From contig JBKXET010000001.1 of assembly GCA_046995905.1 (NCBI GenBank), forward strand, positions 479,589 to 543,588: a stretch of DNA of 64,000 bases, given 5' to 3'. The notes below the pieces were generated by a model. The model did not search any database. It saw nothing but the letters and a program-made list of their open reading frames with translations, and was not told the DNA's origin. Each line of letters opens with the position of its first letter. Within the stretch, counting starts at the first letter, position 1. Both the position numbers and the translations under genes were made by a program. The DNA is from Collinsella sp. GTDB lineage: Bacteria > Actinomycetota > Coriobacteriia > Coriobacteriales > Coriobacteriaceae. Positions 1 through 8,621 of this stretch are shown here, piece by piece.

Positions 1-207
1 GTCGCCGCCGTCGAGAAGGCCCACGAGGAGCGCTACAACAAACTCGTCGAGCGCATCGAGTCGGGCGAGGTGTTTGAGCGCGAGGGCGTGAAGGTGTGGA
101 AGTGCCTGAACTGCGGGCACCTGCACGTTGGTGCCGAGGCGCCTGAGGTGTGCCCGGTGTGTAACCACCCGAAGGCGTACTTTGAGGAGCAGGTGGTGAA
201 CTACTAG
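1..207 (+). CDS. rbr: rubrerythrin, C-terminal fragment (5' end outside window)
   Basis: Open from base 1 to TAG 205-207. Translation ends ...EKAHEERYNKLV...WKCLNCGHLHVGAEAPEVCPVCNHPKAYFEEQVVNY, a ferritin-like helix followed by a rubredoxin-type CxxC-x12-CxxC domain. Confidence 0.85.
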   Translation, partial: VAAVEKAHEERYNKLVERIESGEVFEREGVKVWKCLNCGHLHVGAEAPEVCPVCNHPKAYFEEQVVNY

Positions 208-228
208 CGCTTGGCGCTAGCGTGAGCT

Positions 229-394
229 GGGCCGGGAGGGCCGGACTACCTTCCCTCCTCGCTCACGGCTTCGCAGGGTCGCGTTGAGGGAAGGTAGTCC
301 GGCCCTCCCGGCCCGCTTTGGGTCGTCGCGTGCTCGCTACAGAAAAGCTGATAAAAAAGTTTGTGTGCCGCCCCTTATGGGGCGGCACGTTTTT
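229..394 (+). repeat. structured intergenic element, copy 1 (29-bp perfect stem, conserved loop, conserved tail ending in an intrinsic terminator)
   Basis: Arms 229-257 and 286-314 are perfect reverse complements, with loop 258-285. The tail ends in hairpin GTGCCGCCCC-TTAT-GGGGCGGCAC plus a T-run (365-394). A paralog lies at 1131-1292. Confidence 0.8.
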
Positions 395-479
395 GTGGGG
401 GCCGGTTGGGGCGGTGACGTTGCTTAGAGGGTACACTGGGTAGCGTTGGCTATTCGTTTCCTCTTGTGAGGTGTTGGTT

Positions 480-1112
480 ATGGGTAAGAAGTCTCGGGCT
501 CGGGTTGCTGCGGCGGGAACTCGCAAGGATCCTGGTCGTCGGGTTGCCGAGGGTGAAAAGGCCAATCGTGCTGAGAAGGGCAAGAAGGTCGGTGCGCATG
601 CTCATCCTGAGTGGGCGCCCCATTTGAATTCGGCTAGTGAGGACTTGACCGCCAAGCTGTTTACGATGGTCGAGGTCATCTTGGGCGTGGTGCCTGTGGT
701 GGTCATTGGCCTGTTCCTGGCCTCTAAGGATGCCACGAGCGTGGATAAGCTCACCGAGGTCTTTTCGCAGGAGCCCTCGATGGTGGTCACGTTTATTTCT
801 GCGTGCCTGCAGCCGTTTGTGGCGTACATGCTGTACATGATTTATCGCAAATACTGCGAGGGCGATGCGGGCTTTGCCGCCGGCAACCTGATCGGTCTTT
901 TGTGCTCCGAGATCCTACTGCTCAATATCCCGGGCGTCATCGGTATGGGCATCTTGCTGTGGCGTGTTTGGCGCAACGTTGCCCCGCACTTTGAGAGTTG
1001 GCTGTTTGAGCGCCGCGTAATGGGCGTGCTGGCAGACATCGCCGGGTCGCTCGTGATTCTCGTCTTGGCATTTATGTGCGCCACCGCCGCCCGCGGTCTC
1101 GCGGGCATGTAG
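480..1112 (+). CDS. hypothetical multi-pass membrane protein with a basic N-terminus
   Basis: ORF 471..1112. ATG at 480 follows GAGGTG. There are several hydrophobic segments (VILGVVPVVVIGLFLA, IGLLCSEILLLNIPGVIGMGILLW, LADIAGSLVILVLAFMCA). No family was recognised. Confidence 0.55.
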   Translation: MGKKSRARVAAAGTRKDPGRRVAEGEKANRAEKGKKVGAHAHPEWAPHLNSASEDLTAKLFTMVEVILGVVPVVVIGLFLASKDATSVDKLTEVFSQEPSMVVTFISACLQPFVAYMLYMIYRKYCEGDAGFAAGNLIGLLCSEILLLNIPGVIGMGILLWRVWRNVAPHFESWLFERRVMGVLADIAGSLVILVLAFMCATAARGLAGM

Positions 1113-1130
1113 TCTGTTCTCACCGACCAC

Positions 1131-1292
1131 GGGGCGCAGGGCGGGGAAACCTTCCCCTCTCGCTCACGGCTTCGCAGGGTCGCGCGAGGCAAAGGTTTCC
1201 CCGCCCTGCGCCCCGGCGTTGAGTCGTCGCATGCTCGTTACAGAAAAGCTGATAATAAGTTTGTGTGCCGCCCCTTTGGGGCGGCACTTTTT
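1131..1292 (+). repeat. structured intergenic element, copy 2
   Basis: Arms 1131-1159 and 1186-1214 pair as 23 bp perfect, a 2-nt mismatch, then 4 bp. The loop carries the same 24-nt core as copy 1. The tail is ~88% identical and ends in a terminator hairpin plus T-run at 1265-1292. Confidence 0.8.
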
Positions 1293-1545
1293 GTGTGGGG
1301 TCCCGGTCTCCACAATTTTCGTCAAGCTATTGGTTAGATTTTGGTCAGTTGGCGTAAGGGTGGAAGGCCAAAAGATTGTTGGCGAAAAAAGCTCAGAGAA
1401 AGTGCTGGTAGGGGAGTTGTTGAGCTTTTCGACAGCTTTTGAGCAAAAGAAACTTTGTGGCTATTGCCGGCGATTGCGTTGTCGCGGTCATGGCGGTGCG
1501 GGATGCTGGTCGTAAGCGTCGAATGCTCCGATTTTGGAGGCCAGC

Positions 1546-1980
1546 ATGGATCTGTTTCTTGAGACTCCGCAGCAACAAGCCGAGCGCATGTTGCGCCAAC
1601 AGCAACGGCTTATAGAGATGCAAATGCAAGGGGCGGCAGCCCAGCCCTTTGCGCAAAACGTCGTGCCCGCTGCTGTACCTGCAGCCGTGCCCGGGTGCGA
1701 ATCGGCACCAGAGGCCTATTCCGTACAGCAAGATTCATATGCGCAGGAGCTCGCGTTCGACAAGCGTCGTGCGCGTCGTCGCCGCGTGGGCCAGCGCCTG
1801 CGCACATTGGCGATGATCGTGCTCATTCCGCTAGGACTTGCGGCAATCTTCTTGGCCTCATATGCCCTCACGTGCATTCTCAACGGTGCCTCGCCCAATG
1901 AGGTGCTCCAGCATCTAGCGGCCCTGGGCCAGCGCCTAGGCGATGTCGCAACAACCATCCGCGCCGGCTGGGAGAGTTAG
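1546..1980 (+). CDS. hypothetical protein with one C-terminal TM segment
   Basis: ORF 1534..1980. ATG 1546 lies 5 nt after GGAGG. A Q/A-rich N-terminus and an RRARRRR stretch precede the TM helix LAMIVLIPLGLAAIFLASYAL. Confidence 0.45.
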   Translation: MDLFLETPQQQAERMLRQQQRLIEMQMQGAAAQPFAQNVVPAAVPAAVPGCESAPEAYSVQQDSYAQELAFDKRRARRRRVGQRLRTLAMIVLIPLGLAAIFLASYALTCILNGASPNEVLQHLAALGQRLGDVATTIRAGWES

Positions 1981-2103
1981 CGTTTGTCACATTAGGACTT
2001 CCAGGGTGTACGAATTATCGCCACGAGCAGAATTCTTGCATCCTGTGGGTCCTGTCGTGCGACTGAATAGTATTATTGAAGATAAATAATAATAGGATTT
2101 GCT

Positions 2104-2634
2104 ATGTATAAGCAGGATTTAGAGCAGACTCTTTTGGGCATTGACGAAGAGGCGGAGCTGGAAATAGGTCCAAGAGACGACAGGCCGAACGTTGTATTGG
2201 TGGGAGGAAGCGCCTTCATGCTAAACGATGTGACGAATCGTTCGGTTACACATGACATTGATGTGTTTGAGGCAGATAGGTGCCTCCGCGAGATCATAGC
2301 TCGATACCCCGAGGTGAATGGTATGGCGGTGGCATATTGTAATCAGATGCCGTTCAATTACGGAGATCGTTTGATTCCCTTGGATATTGGGGCGCGCTTT
2401 ATCAGGTACTTTACGCCATCCTTGGAGGACCTGGCGGTAATGAAGCTCTATGCCTGTCGTCCGAACGACATCATCGATCTTCATAGCCAGGCATTCGTCG
2501 ACCGACTTGATTGGGGACTGCTCGAACGGCTTATATTCGACGAGGGCGAGGCGCTGGCGTCGTCGCCTTCGGAGCGGAGTTATCAAGAGATGGTCTGCGC
2601 ATACAGCCAATACAAAAAGGAGGTGCTCGGTTGA
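2104..2634 (+). CDS. nucleotidyltransferase-fold protein (DUF6036 / AbiEii-MNT-like)
   Basis: Motif VLVGGSAFML..R.VTHDIDVF matches the hG[GS]...D.D NTase signature, and EDLAVMKLYACRPNDIIDL is typical of DUF6036-type proteins. Local GC is about 48%. Confidence 0.55.
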   Translation: MYKQDLEQTLLGIDEEAELEIGPRDDRPNVVLVGGSAFMLNDVTNRSVTHDIDVFEADRCLREIIARYPEVNGMAVAYCNQMPFNYGDRLIPLDIGARFIRYFTPSLEDLAVMKLYACRPNDIIDLHSQAFVDRLDWGLLERLIFDEGEALASSPSERSYQEMVCAYSQYKKEVLG

Positions 2635-3194
2635 ATCTGACCTTTGAGGGATTCTTAAAAGGCTATTGCCGAGAGCTATCCGGACAGCAGTCGCTCAGTT
2701 TTAGAAAACTGGTTAAGCAAGCGACGACGGTTGCGCCGCGCGTGGCGGAGCCCCTGTTTTTGCTCGCTTTGGCACAGGGTAAAGCCGAATACGTTCTGGG
2801 CTTATCCGAGGGTTCGTGGATGGAAGAGGGTTACCGAGGCGTTTTGTCCTTGTACGCCCAAACGGGTAGCCTGGCATCTCTATGCGCCGAGGACAAACTT
2901 CCTAATCGTTATGCCAACGTTTGGCGTGCGTATAGAGCGGTGAAGGAAAAGCCAGTGGCGGACAGAAGAATCAACGCCCTGATGCGAAAAAGAACGTTGG
3001 GAGCGCTAGAGGAATCGGGTGTAACGCGCTACGGTCTCTGCCGCGATTTGAATCTGAATAAGGGAAACGTGTACGCATATTTAGCCGGTGATGACTCAAA
3101 GGTGAGCAGGGAGACGGCGCGCCGCATTATGGAATATGCGGAGGAGAGGGGCGCCCAAGAAGGGGCCGGGCGCCCGGTGCGTATGGCGGGGTAA
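2631..3194 (+). CDS. hypothetical protein with a C-terminal XRE-like HTH
   Basis: A TTG start at 2631 lies 7 nt after AGGAGG and overlaps the upstream stop by 4 nt (TTGA). The C-terminal part TRYGLCRDLNLNKGNVYAYLAGDDSKVSRETARRIMEY looks like a helix-turn-helix. Confidence 0.45.
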   Translation: MNLTFEGFLKGYCRELSGQQSLSFRKLVKQATTVAPRVAEPLFLLALAQGKAEYVLGLSEGSWMEEGYRGVLSLYAQTGSLASLCAEDKLPNRYANVWRAYRAVKEKPVADRRINALMRKRTLGALEESGVTRYGLCRDLNLNKGNVYAYLAGDDSKVSRETARRIMEYAEERGAQEGAGRPVRMAG

Positions 3195-3245
3195 GATTGA
3201 TCGCGGTTTTGATTGGTGCTCGATTGGGTTTGTTGGGCGGAGTTT

Positions 3246-4601
3246 ATGTCTGCTATTGATATTGTGCTTGTTGTGATCGCCTTGGTGGCGGTGGGGGTTG
3301 CTGTGGCTTGCGCCCTGCAGCTTAAGGGCCTTCGCGCCGAGCTGCGGGAGCGCGGCGATAGCGGGGTAGAGATGCTGGCTGCGCTCGAGCAGGCCAACAG
3401 CGCGCTCGATGCCCTCAACGTCGCGCTGGCAGAAACCCGCCGCACGGCAAATGCCATCGCGCAGCAGCAGACAACCGATGCGGCCGTGGAGCAGCAGCGC
3501 TACCTGACCATTGCGCGCGAGTTCTCGCAGGCCGGCGACCGTATGGATGACCTGCGCCGTGAGACGGCTCAACAGCTTGGCGCCAACCGCGAGGGCATCG
3601 AGCACCGCCTGGACAAGGTGCGCGAGACGGTCGATGCCCAGCTGGGCGCTATCCGCAAGGACAACAACGTTCAGCTCGACCAGATGCGCGCGACGGTGGA
3701 CGAGAAGCTTTCCCGTACGCTCAACGATCGCCTGTCTGCATCGTTTAAGCAAGTGAGCGACCAGCTCGAGGCCGTGTACAAGGGCCTGGGCGATATGCAA
3801 TCTATCGCCACCGGCGTGGGAGACCTTAAGCGCGTGCTGGGCAATGTGAAGGCGCGCGGCATTTTGGGCGAGGTGCAGCTGGGCGCGATTCTGGCGGACA
3901 TCCTCACGTCCGATCAGTATCTGGAAAACGTGGCCACAAAGCCCGGCGCCTCGGAGCGTGTTGAGTTTGCCGTCAAGCTGCCGGTAGACGAGGGCGATCC
4001 CGTGCTGCTGCCGATCGACTCCAAATTCCCGGGCGACGCGTACGAGCATCTGCTCGATGCCCAGGAGTCGGGCGACGCGGAGGCCGTCGCCGCTGCGCGC
4101 AAGACGCTCGATGCGATGGTGAAACGCGAGGCAAAGGACATCTGTGAGAAGTACCTGAGCGTGCCCGCGACGACCAACTTTGGCATTATGTTCGTGCCGT
4201 TTGAGGGCCTGTACGCCGAGGTCGTCAGCCGCCCCGGGCTTATCGAGACCCTGGGCCGCGACTATCACGTCAATGTTGCCGGCCCCAGCACCATGGCGGC
4301 CATCCTCAACAGTCTGCAGATGAGCTACCAGACGTTTAAGTTGCAAAAACGCACCGATGACGTGCTGCGCGTACTTTCTGCCGTCAAGGCCGAACTGCCA
4401 CGCTATCAAAAGGCGCTCCGCCGCGCCCAGCAGCAGATCGAGACCGCGGGTAAAACGGTCGAGGGCATTATCACCACACGCACCAACGTTATGGAGCGCA
4501 AGCTCAAGGACATCGACGCGCTGGAAGACGCGCGGGAGGCCGACGAGATTTTGGGCTTGGAGTCCGCGGGCTTACTCGCGGGCCAGGAAGACGAGGACTA
4601 G
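3246..4601 (+). CDS. rmuC: DNA recombination protein RmuC
   Basis: N-terminal TM, a long coiled-coil, then a RmuC-type nuclease core (GNVKARGILGEVQLGAILADIL...VEFAVKLP...LLPIDSKFP...MFVPFEGLYAEV). Confidence 0.85.
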   Translation: MSAIDIVLVVIALVAVGVAVACALQLKGLRAELRERGDSGVEMLAALEQANSALDALNVALAETRRTANAIAQQQTTDAAVEQQRYLTIAREFSQAGDRMDDLRRETAQQLGANREGIEHRLDKVRETVDAQLGAIRKDNNVQLDQMRATVDEKLSRTLNDRLSASFKQVSDQLEAVYKGLGDMQSIATGVGDLKRVLGNVKARGILGEVQLGAILADILTSDQYLENVATKPGASERVEFAVKLPVDEGDPVLLPIDSKFPGDAYEHLLDAQESGDAEAVAAARKTLDAMVKREAKDICEKYLSVPATTNFGIMFVPFEGLYAEVVSRPGLIETLGRDYHVNVAGPSTMAAILNSLQMSYQTFKLQKRTDDVLRVLSAVKAELPRYQKALRRAQQQIETAGKTVEGIITTRTNVMERKLKDIDALEDAREADEILGLESAGLLAGQEDED

Positions 4602-4726
4602 TCGCAACGGACGGCGGGGCGCCGGCGTAAAAGCGGGGCGCGGGCGCTTTTCGCGTCGTGCGTGCCTGAAGCGCACTTCGGTGTGCAACAATGGCGTTTC
4701 GTCCTATCAGATGCGAAAGGAAGCCC

Positions 4727-6529
4727 ATGTCTCAGAGAAGCACCAGTCCGCTCAAACGCTCCACCGTGCGCCGCACGCTGCAGCGTTTTTGGGACGTCAC
4801 GCGCACACAGCCGTTGATCGTCTTTCTCTCGGTGTTCTCGTCGGCGGGCTACATCTTTTTGCTTACGTTTGCCAACACCTACGTGATGGCCCTTATCGTC
4901 GACCGCGTCCAGGCCGGCCCCGTGGCGGGCGACCAGGTGCTTGAGGTCTTTGGCCCCTACATTCTGGCGCTCGTGCTCGTTAATCTGGTAGGCCAGATCC
5001 TCTCCAAGCTGCAGGACTACACCGTCTACAAGCTCGAGATTGCGGGCAACTATCACCTGGCGCGCCTGTGCTTTGACACGCTCTCCAATCAATCCATGAC
5101 ATTCCACACCAGTCGCTTTGGCGGATCGCTTGTGAGCCAGACGAGTCGTTTTATGAGCGGCTACACGGGTCTGGTGGACGTGACGGTGTATTCGCTCATT
5201 CCCACCATCACCTCGGTTGTCTGCACAGTGGCGGCGCTCGCCCCGGTGGTGCCGACGTTTACCGTGATCCTGGTGGGCATCATGGTCGTCTACATTGCGT
5301 TTGTCTGGCTTATGTACAAGCGCATCATGCCGCTTTCGGCCGCGACGTCCGCCGCTCAGAACAAGCTGTCGGGCGTGCTGTCCGACGCGGTCACAAACAT
5401 CCTGGCCGTCAAAACCTGCGGGCGCGAGGACTTTGAGCGCGACCTATTCGATACCGCCGACCGCGCCGCGCGCGATGCCGAAACGGTTTCGATGCACGCC
5501 ATGATGCAGCGCAACTTTACGACCTCGGGCCTTATCGTCATTACCATGGCCGTGGTGAGTGTGTTCGTCGCGGGCGGCAACGCGTGGTTTGGCATCTCGG
5601 CCGGCACGCTCGTCATGATCTTTACCTATACGTATAACCTCACTATGCGTCTGAACTACGTGAGCTCCATGATGCAGCGCATCAACCGTGCGCTGGGCGA
5701 TGCGGCCGAGATGGCGCGCGTGCTGGACGAGCCGTGTCTGGTGGCAGACGACGAGAATGCCCCCGAGCTCAAAGTGACCGAGGGCGCGATTGATTTTGAG
5801 CACTTGAGCTTTGCATACCGTGACGCCGCGGCAGGCGAGAGCGTGTTCAACGATCTGACGCTCCATGTGGCGGCGGGCCAGCGCGTGGGTCTGGTGGGCA
5901 AATCGGGCTCGGGCAAGACGACGCTCACCAAGCTGTTGTTGCGCCTGGACGACGTGCAGGGCGGCCGCGTGCTCGTGGACGGCCAGGACGTCTCGCGCTG
6001 CACGCAGCAGAGCCTGCGCCGTCAGGTTGCCTACGTGCCGCAAGAGGCGCTGCTGTTCCACCGCTCCATTCGCGAGAATATCGCCTACGGCCGCCCCGAC
6101 GCTACCGACGAGCGGATCCGCGAGGCTGCGCGCCTGGCCAACGCCCTGGAATTTATCGATCGCCTGCCCTGTGGCTTTGACACCATGGTGGGCGAGCGCG
6201 GCGTCAAGCTTTCGGGCGGCCAACGCCAGCGCGTGGCCATCGCCCGCGCCATTCTCACTGACGCGCCGATTCTGGTGCTCGACGAGGCGACGTCTGCCCT
6301 GGACAGCGAGTCCGAGGCGTTGGTGCAGGAGGCGCTCGAGAACCTGATGCGCGGGCGCACCTCCATTGTGGTGGCGCATCGCCTGTCCACCGTGGCGGCG
6401 CTCGACCGCATCGTGGTGTTGGCGGACGGTGAGATTGTCGAGGGCGGCACACATGCGCAGCTTGTCGAGGCGGGCGGCGAATACGCAAGCCTGTGGAGCC
6501 GCCAGACCGGCGCATTTTTGGAGGCTTAA
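4727..6529 (+). CDS. ABC exporter, fused permease/ATPase (MsbA/MdlB-like)
   Basis: Six-TM N-terminal half; Walker A GKSGSGKTT, signature LSGGQRQR, Walker B ILVLDEATSALD. ATG 4727 follows AAAGGAAG. Confidence 0.9.
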   Translation: MSQRSTSPLKRSTVRRTLQRFWDVTRTQPLIVFLSVFSSAGYIFLLTFANTYVMALIVDRVQAGPVAGDQVLEVFGPYILALVLVNLVGQILSKLQDYTVYKLEIAGNYHLARLCFDTLSNQSMTFHTSRFGGSLVSQTSRFMSGYTGLVDVTVYSLIPTITSVVCTVAALAPVVPTFTVILVGIMVVYIAFVWLMYKRIMPLSAATSAAQNKLSGVLSDAVTNILAVKTCGREDFERDLFDTADRAARDAETVSMHAMMQRNFTTSGLIVITMAVVSVFVAGGNAWFGISAGTLVMIFTYTYNLTMRLNYVSSMMQRINRALGDAAEMARVLDEPCLVADDENAPELKVTEGAIDFEHLSFAYRDAAAGESVFNDLTLHVAAGQRVGLVGKSGSGKTTLTKLLLRLDDVQGGRVLVDGQDVSRCTQQSLRRQVAYVPQEALLFHRSIRENIAYGRPDATDERIREAARLANALEFIDRLPCGFDTMVGERGVKLSGGQRQRVAIARAILTDAPILVLDEATSALDSESEALVQEALENLMRGRTSIVVAHRLSTVAALDRIVVLADGEIVEGGTHAQLVEAGGEYASLWSRQTGAFLEA

Positions 6530-6592
6530 GGCCCCCGTACGTGGGACAATCGTTTCCGTGAAGTTATGTTTCTGCCGAGCCGAGGAGTCGTT

Positions 6593-7258
6593 ATGCCACG
6601 CGAGACCAATGCCGCCAAACGCGAGCGCGCCATCGAGGTGTGCGAGCGCCTTAACCGTCGCTATGGCCCGGTCGAGTGCTTCTTGGACCACGAGAATCCC
6701 TTTAGGCTGCTCATTGCGGTACTGCTCTCGGCTCAGACGACCGACGCGCAGGTCAACAAGGTGACACCCCAACTGTTTGCCCAGTGGCCCACGCCCGAGG
6801 CCATGGCCGGAGCAAGCGTGACAGACGTGGCGGACACCATTAAGTCACTCGGCTTTTATAAGAGTAAGGCCAAGCATGCCGTGGAGGCCGCGCAGATGAT
6901 CGTCGCCGATTACGGCGGCGAGGTGCCGGCCGACATGAAGGAGCTTGTAAAGCTGCCGGGCGTGGGGCGCAAGACGGCGAACATCGTGCTCAACGTGGGG
7001 TACGGCATCGTAGAAGGCATCGCGGTGGATACGCACGTCAACCGCATCGCGCACCGCCTGATGCTGAGTCCCAAGACGCACGCCAAAGAGCCACTCAAGA
7101 CCGAGCAGGATCTGCTCAAGATTTTGCCGCACGAGTATTGGGAGTCGGTCAATCACCAGTGGATTACCTTTGGCCGCGAGATTTGCGATGCCCGCAAGCC
7201 CAAGTGCGACGAGTGCCCGCTGGCAGACCTTTGCCCCAGCGTGCGCGTGACGGGGTAG
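6593..7258 (+). CDS. nth: endonuclease III
   Basis: HhH-GPD motif LPGVGRKTANIVL and C-terminal 4Fe-4S Cys cluster CDARKPKCDECPLADLC. Confidence 0.9.
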   Translation: MPRETNAAKRERAIEVCERLNRRYGPVECFLDHENPFRLLIAVLLSAQTTDAQVNKVTPQLFAQWPTPEAMAGASVTDVADTIKSLGFYKSKAKHAVEAAQMIVADYGGEVPADMKELVKLPGVGRKTANIVLNVGYGIVEGIAVDTHVNRIAHRLMLSPKTHAKEPLKTEQDLLKILPHEYWESVNHQWITFGREICDARKPKCDECPLADLCPSVRVTG

Positions 7259-7376
7259 GGCCCGACACGTTTTGCCGGCACCCGAAGACGGCGACCAATG
7301 TTGCGCAACACATTTGGGCTGCGATGGCTCAATATGATGGCGACAGATGCCGTTTGTTGTGAGGGGATGCCCGAAT

Positions 7377-8423
7377 ATGTTTTGCACCAAGTGTGGATCC
7401 GAGATGCCCGACGGAACCGATTTTTGCACGAACTGCGGGGCACGCATGGGCGCCGCTTCTCCGGCGGCCGCGCCTGCTGAGCCCGCATCGATGCCGGCGG
7501 CAGGGATGCCTCCCGTGCAGAAGAAGTCACATAAGCGCGCGGTGATTGTCGGCATGTGCGTGGTAGGCGTGCTCGTTGCCGGCGGTGCCGCTCTGGCGCT
7601 GACCGGCGTGCTGGGTCCGCTTGGGCAGGGCAACTCATCGCAGATTACGGTACTGGGGTCCGACGAGGGTTCAGCCGAGCACAAGGACAAGGGAAGCGCC
7701 AAGGAGAAGCCTGCCGATGAGCAAGAAGAGCCGGAAGAGACCGAGCAGACGAGCAGCAGCGTAAAAGTCGACCTTAACGACCAGGCAACCTATGCCGCCG
7801 CAAACCTGTTCCTGTCGAACTTTACGGAGGAGCACTTCGATCGGGACTGGTATCAGACGGGCGGCTTCGATTCGACTGACGGACTTTCTGATGACGAGAA
7901 ATACAAGCTGGTTAAGTTTATCTGGTGCCATTTTATTGACAACGCGCCGTATCGAATCGAGAAAGGCGACTATGACAACGGTAATAGCCAGCGTGTGGCG
8001 ACTGATGTGATCAATAGGGAACTCAATCGCTTGACGGGTCTGACGCTTTCCGATGCCGATATGACTTATGACAGAACGCCGGAGGGGCAGGCGATTCCTG
8101 ATTCGGCCGAAGCGCATGACGGGTACTTGTATCTGAAACAGGAATATGGCCAGGGAAATTACAACCCACCGTGTGCCATCGTTACGGGCACGACTGACCT
8201 TGGCGACAACATTTACGAGCTCACCTATGAGGTCTACAGTGCTGGCGGCATGTTACTTCCTTCCGACATCCCCGAGAGCACCTACGGCCTGCCAAAGAAC
8301 CAGTTCATCGCCGCAATTCAAGCGGACGCATCCATGGGCCGTACCGAGACTTGCACGGTCCGCGTCGCGCAGGGTGACGGCATCCCGACCTTCATGCTGC
8401 TTAAAATGGGCGTCTACGATTAG
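7377..8423 (+). CDS. zinc-ribbon domain protein, membrane-anchored
   Basis: N-terminus MFCTKCGSEMPDGTDFCTNCG (double CxxC), a TM helix AVIVGMCVVGVLVAGGAALAL, an acidic linker, then an uncharacterised extracytoplasmic domain. Confidence 0.6.
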   Translation: MFCTKCGSEMPDGTDFCTNCGARMGAASPAAAPAEPASMPAAGMPPVQKKSHKRAVIVGMCVVGVLVAGGAALALTGVLGPLGQGNSSQITVLGSDEGSAEHKDKGSAKEKPADEQEEPEETEQTSSSVKVDLNDQATYAAANLFLSNFTEEHFDRDWYQTGGFDSTDGLSDDEKYKLVKFIWCHFIDNAPYRIEKGDYDNGNSQRVATDVINRELNRLTGLTLSDADMTYDRTPEGQAIPDSAEAHDGYLYLKQEYGQGNYNPPCAIVTGTTDLGDNIYELTYEVYSAGGMLLPSDIPESTYGLPKNQFIAAIQADASMGRTETCTVRVAQGDGIPTFMLLKMGVYD

Positions 8424-8467
8424 ACTCGGCGTATAGCTCACTCTGATAGCGCCAGGCGGCTTGCCCG

Positions 8468-8512
8468 TCTGGCGTTTTTGTTGCGGGGCTGGGCGTACGC
8501 TTGAGCAGGAGT
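8468..8512 (+). repeat. 45-bp direct repeat, copy 1 (overlaps the terminator T-run of the upstream gene)
   Basis: TCTGGCGTTTTTGTTGCGGGGCTGGGCGTACGCTTGAGCAGGAGT. It is 44/45 identical to 10181-10225. Confidence 0.9.
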
Positions 8513-8621
8513 ATATGTTGCCTCATGCCGCCCCATGCAAAAATGTGTTGCTAATTTAGAAGCCTATTCAAGCGCGCCGAAGTCGTGGCGTGCTGGCGTA
8601 GCATGAGCAAAAAATCAAGCA

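Noticed and set aside
315-470. A small peptide encoded in the conserved tail of the structured repeat (ORF 1219-1515 and its counterpart after 315).
   Set aside because: The two copies lose frame relative to each other after ..EKLI because of an indel, and the ORF runs through the terminator hairpin. A conserved nucleotide sequence without a conserved frame argues for non-coding.
229-1292. Integron attC sites or a gene cassette, suggested by hairpin elements flanking a single gene.
   Set aside because: attC sites conserve the outer R/L core boxes (GTTRRRY) and vary in the centre. Here the centre (loop) is conserved and the arms vary. No intI gene or GTTRRRY cores were seen.
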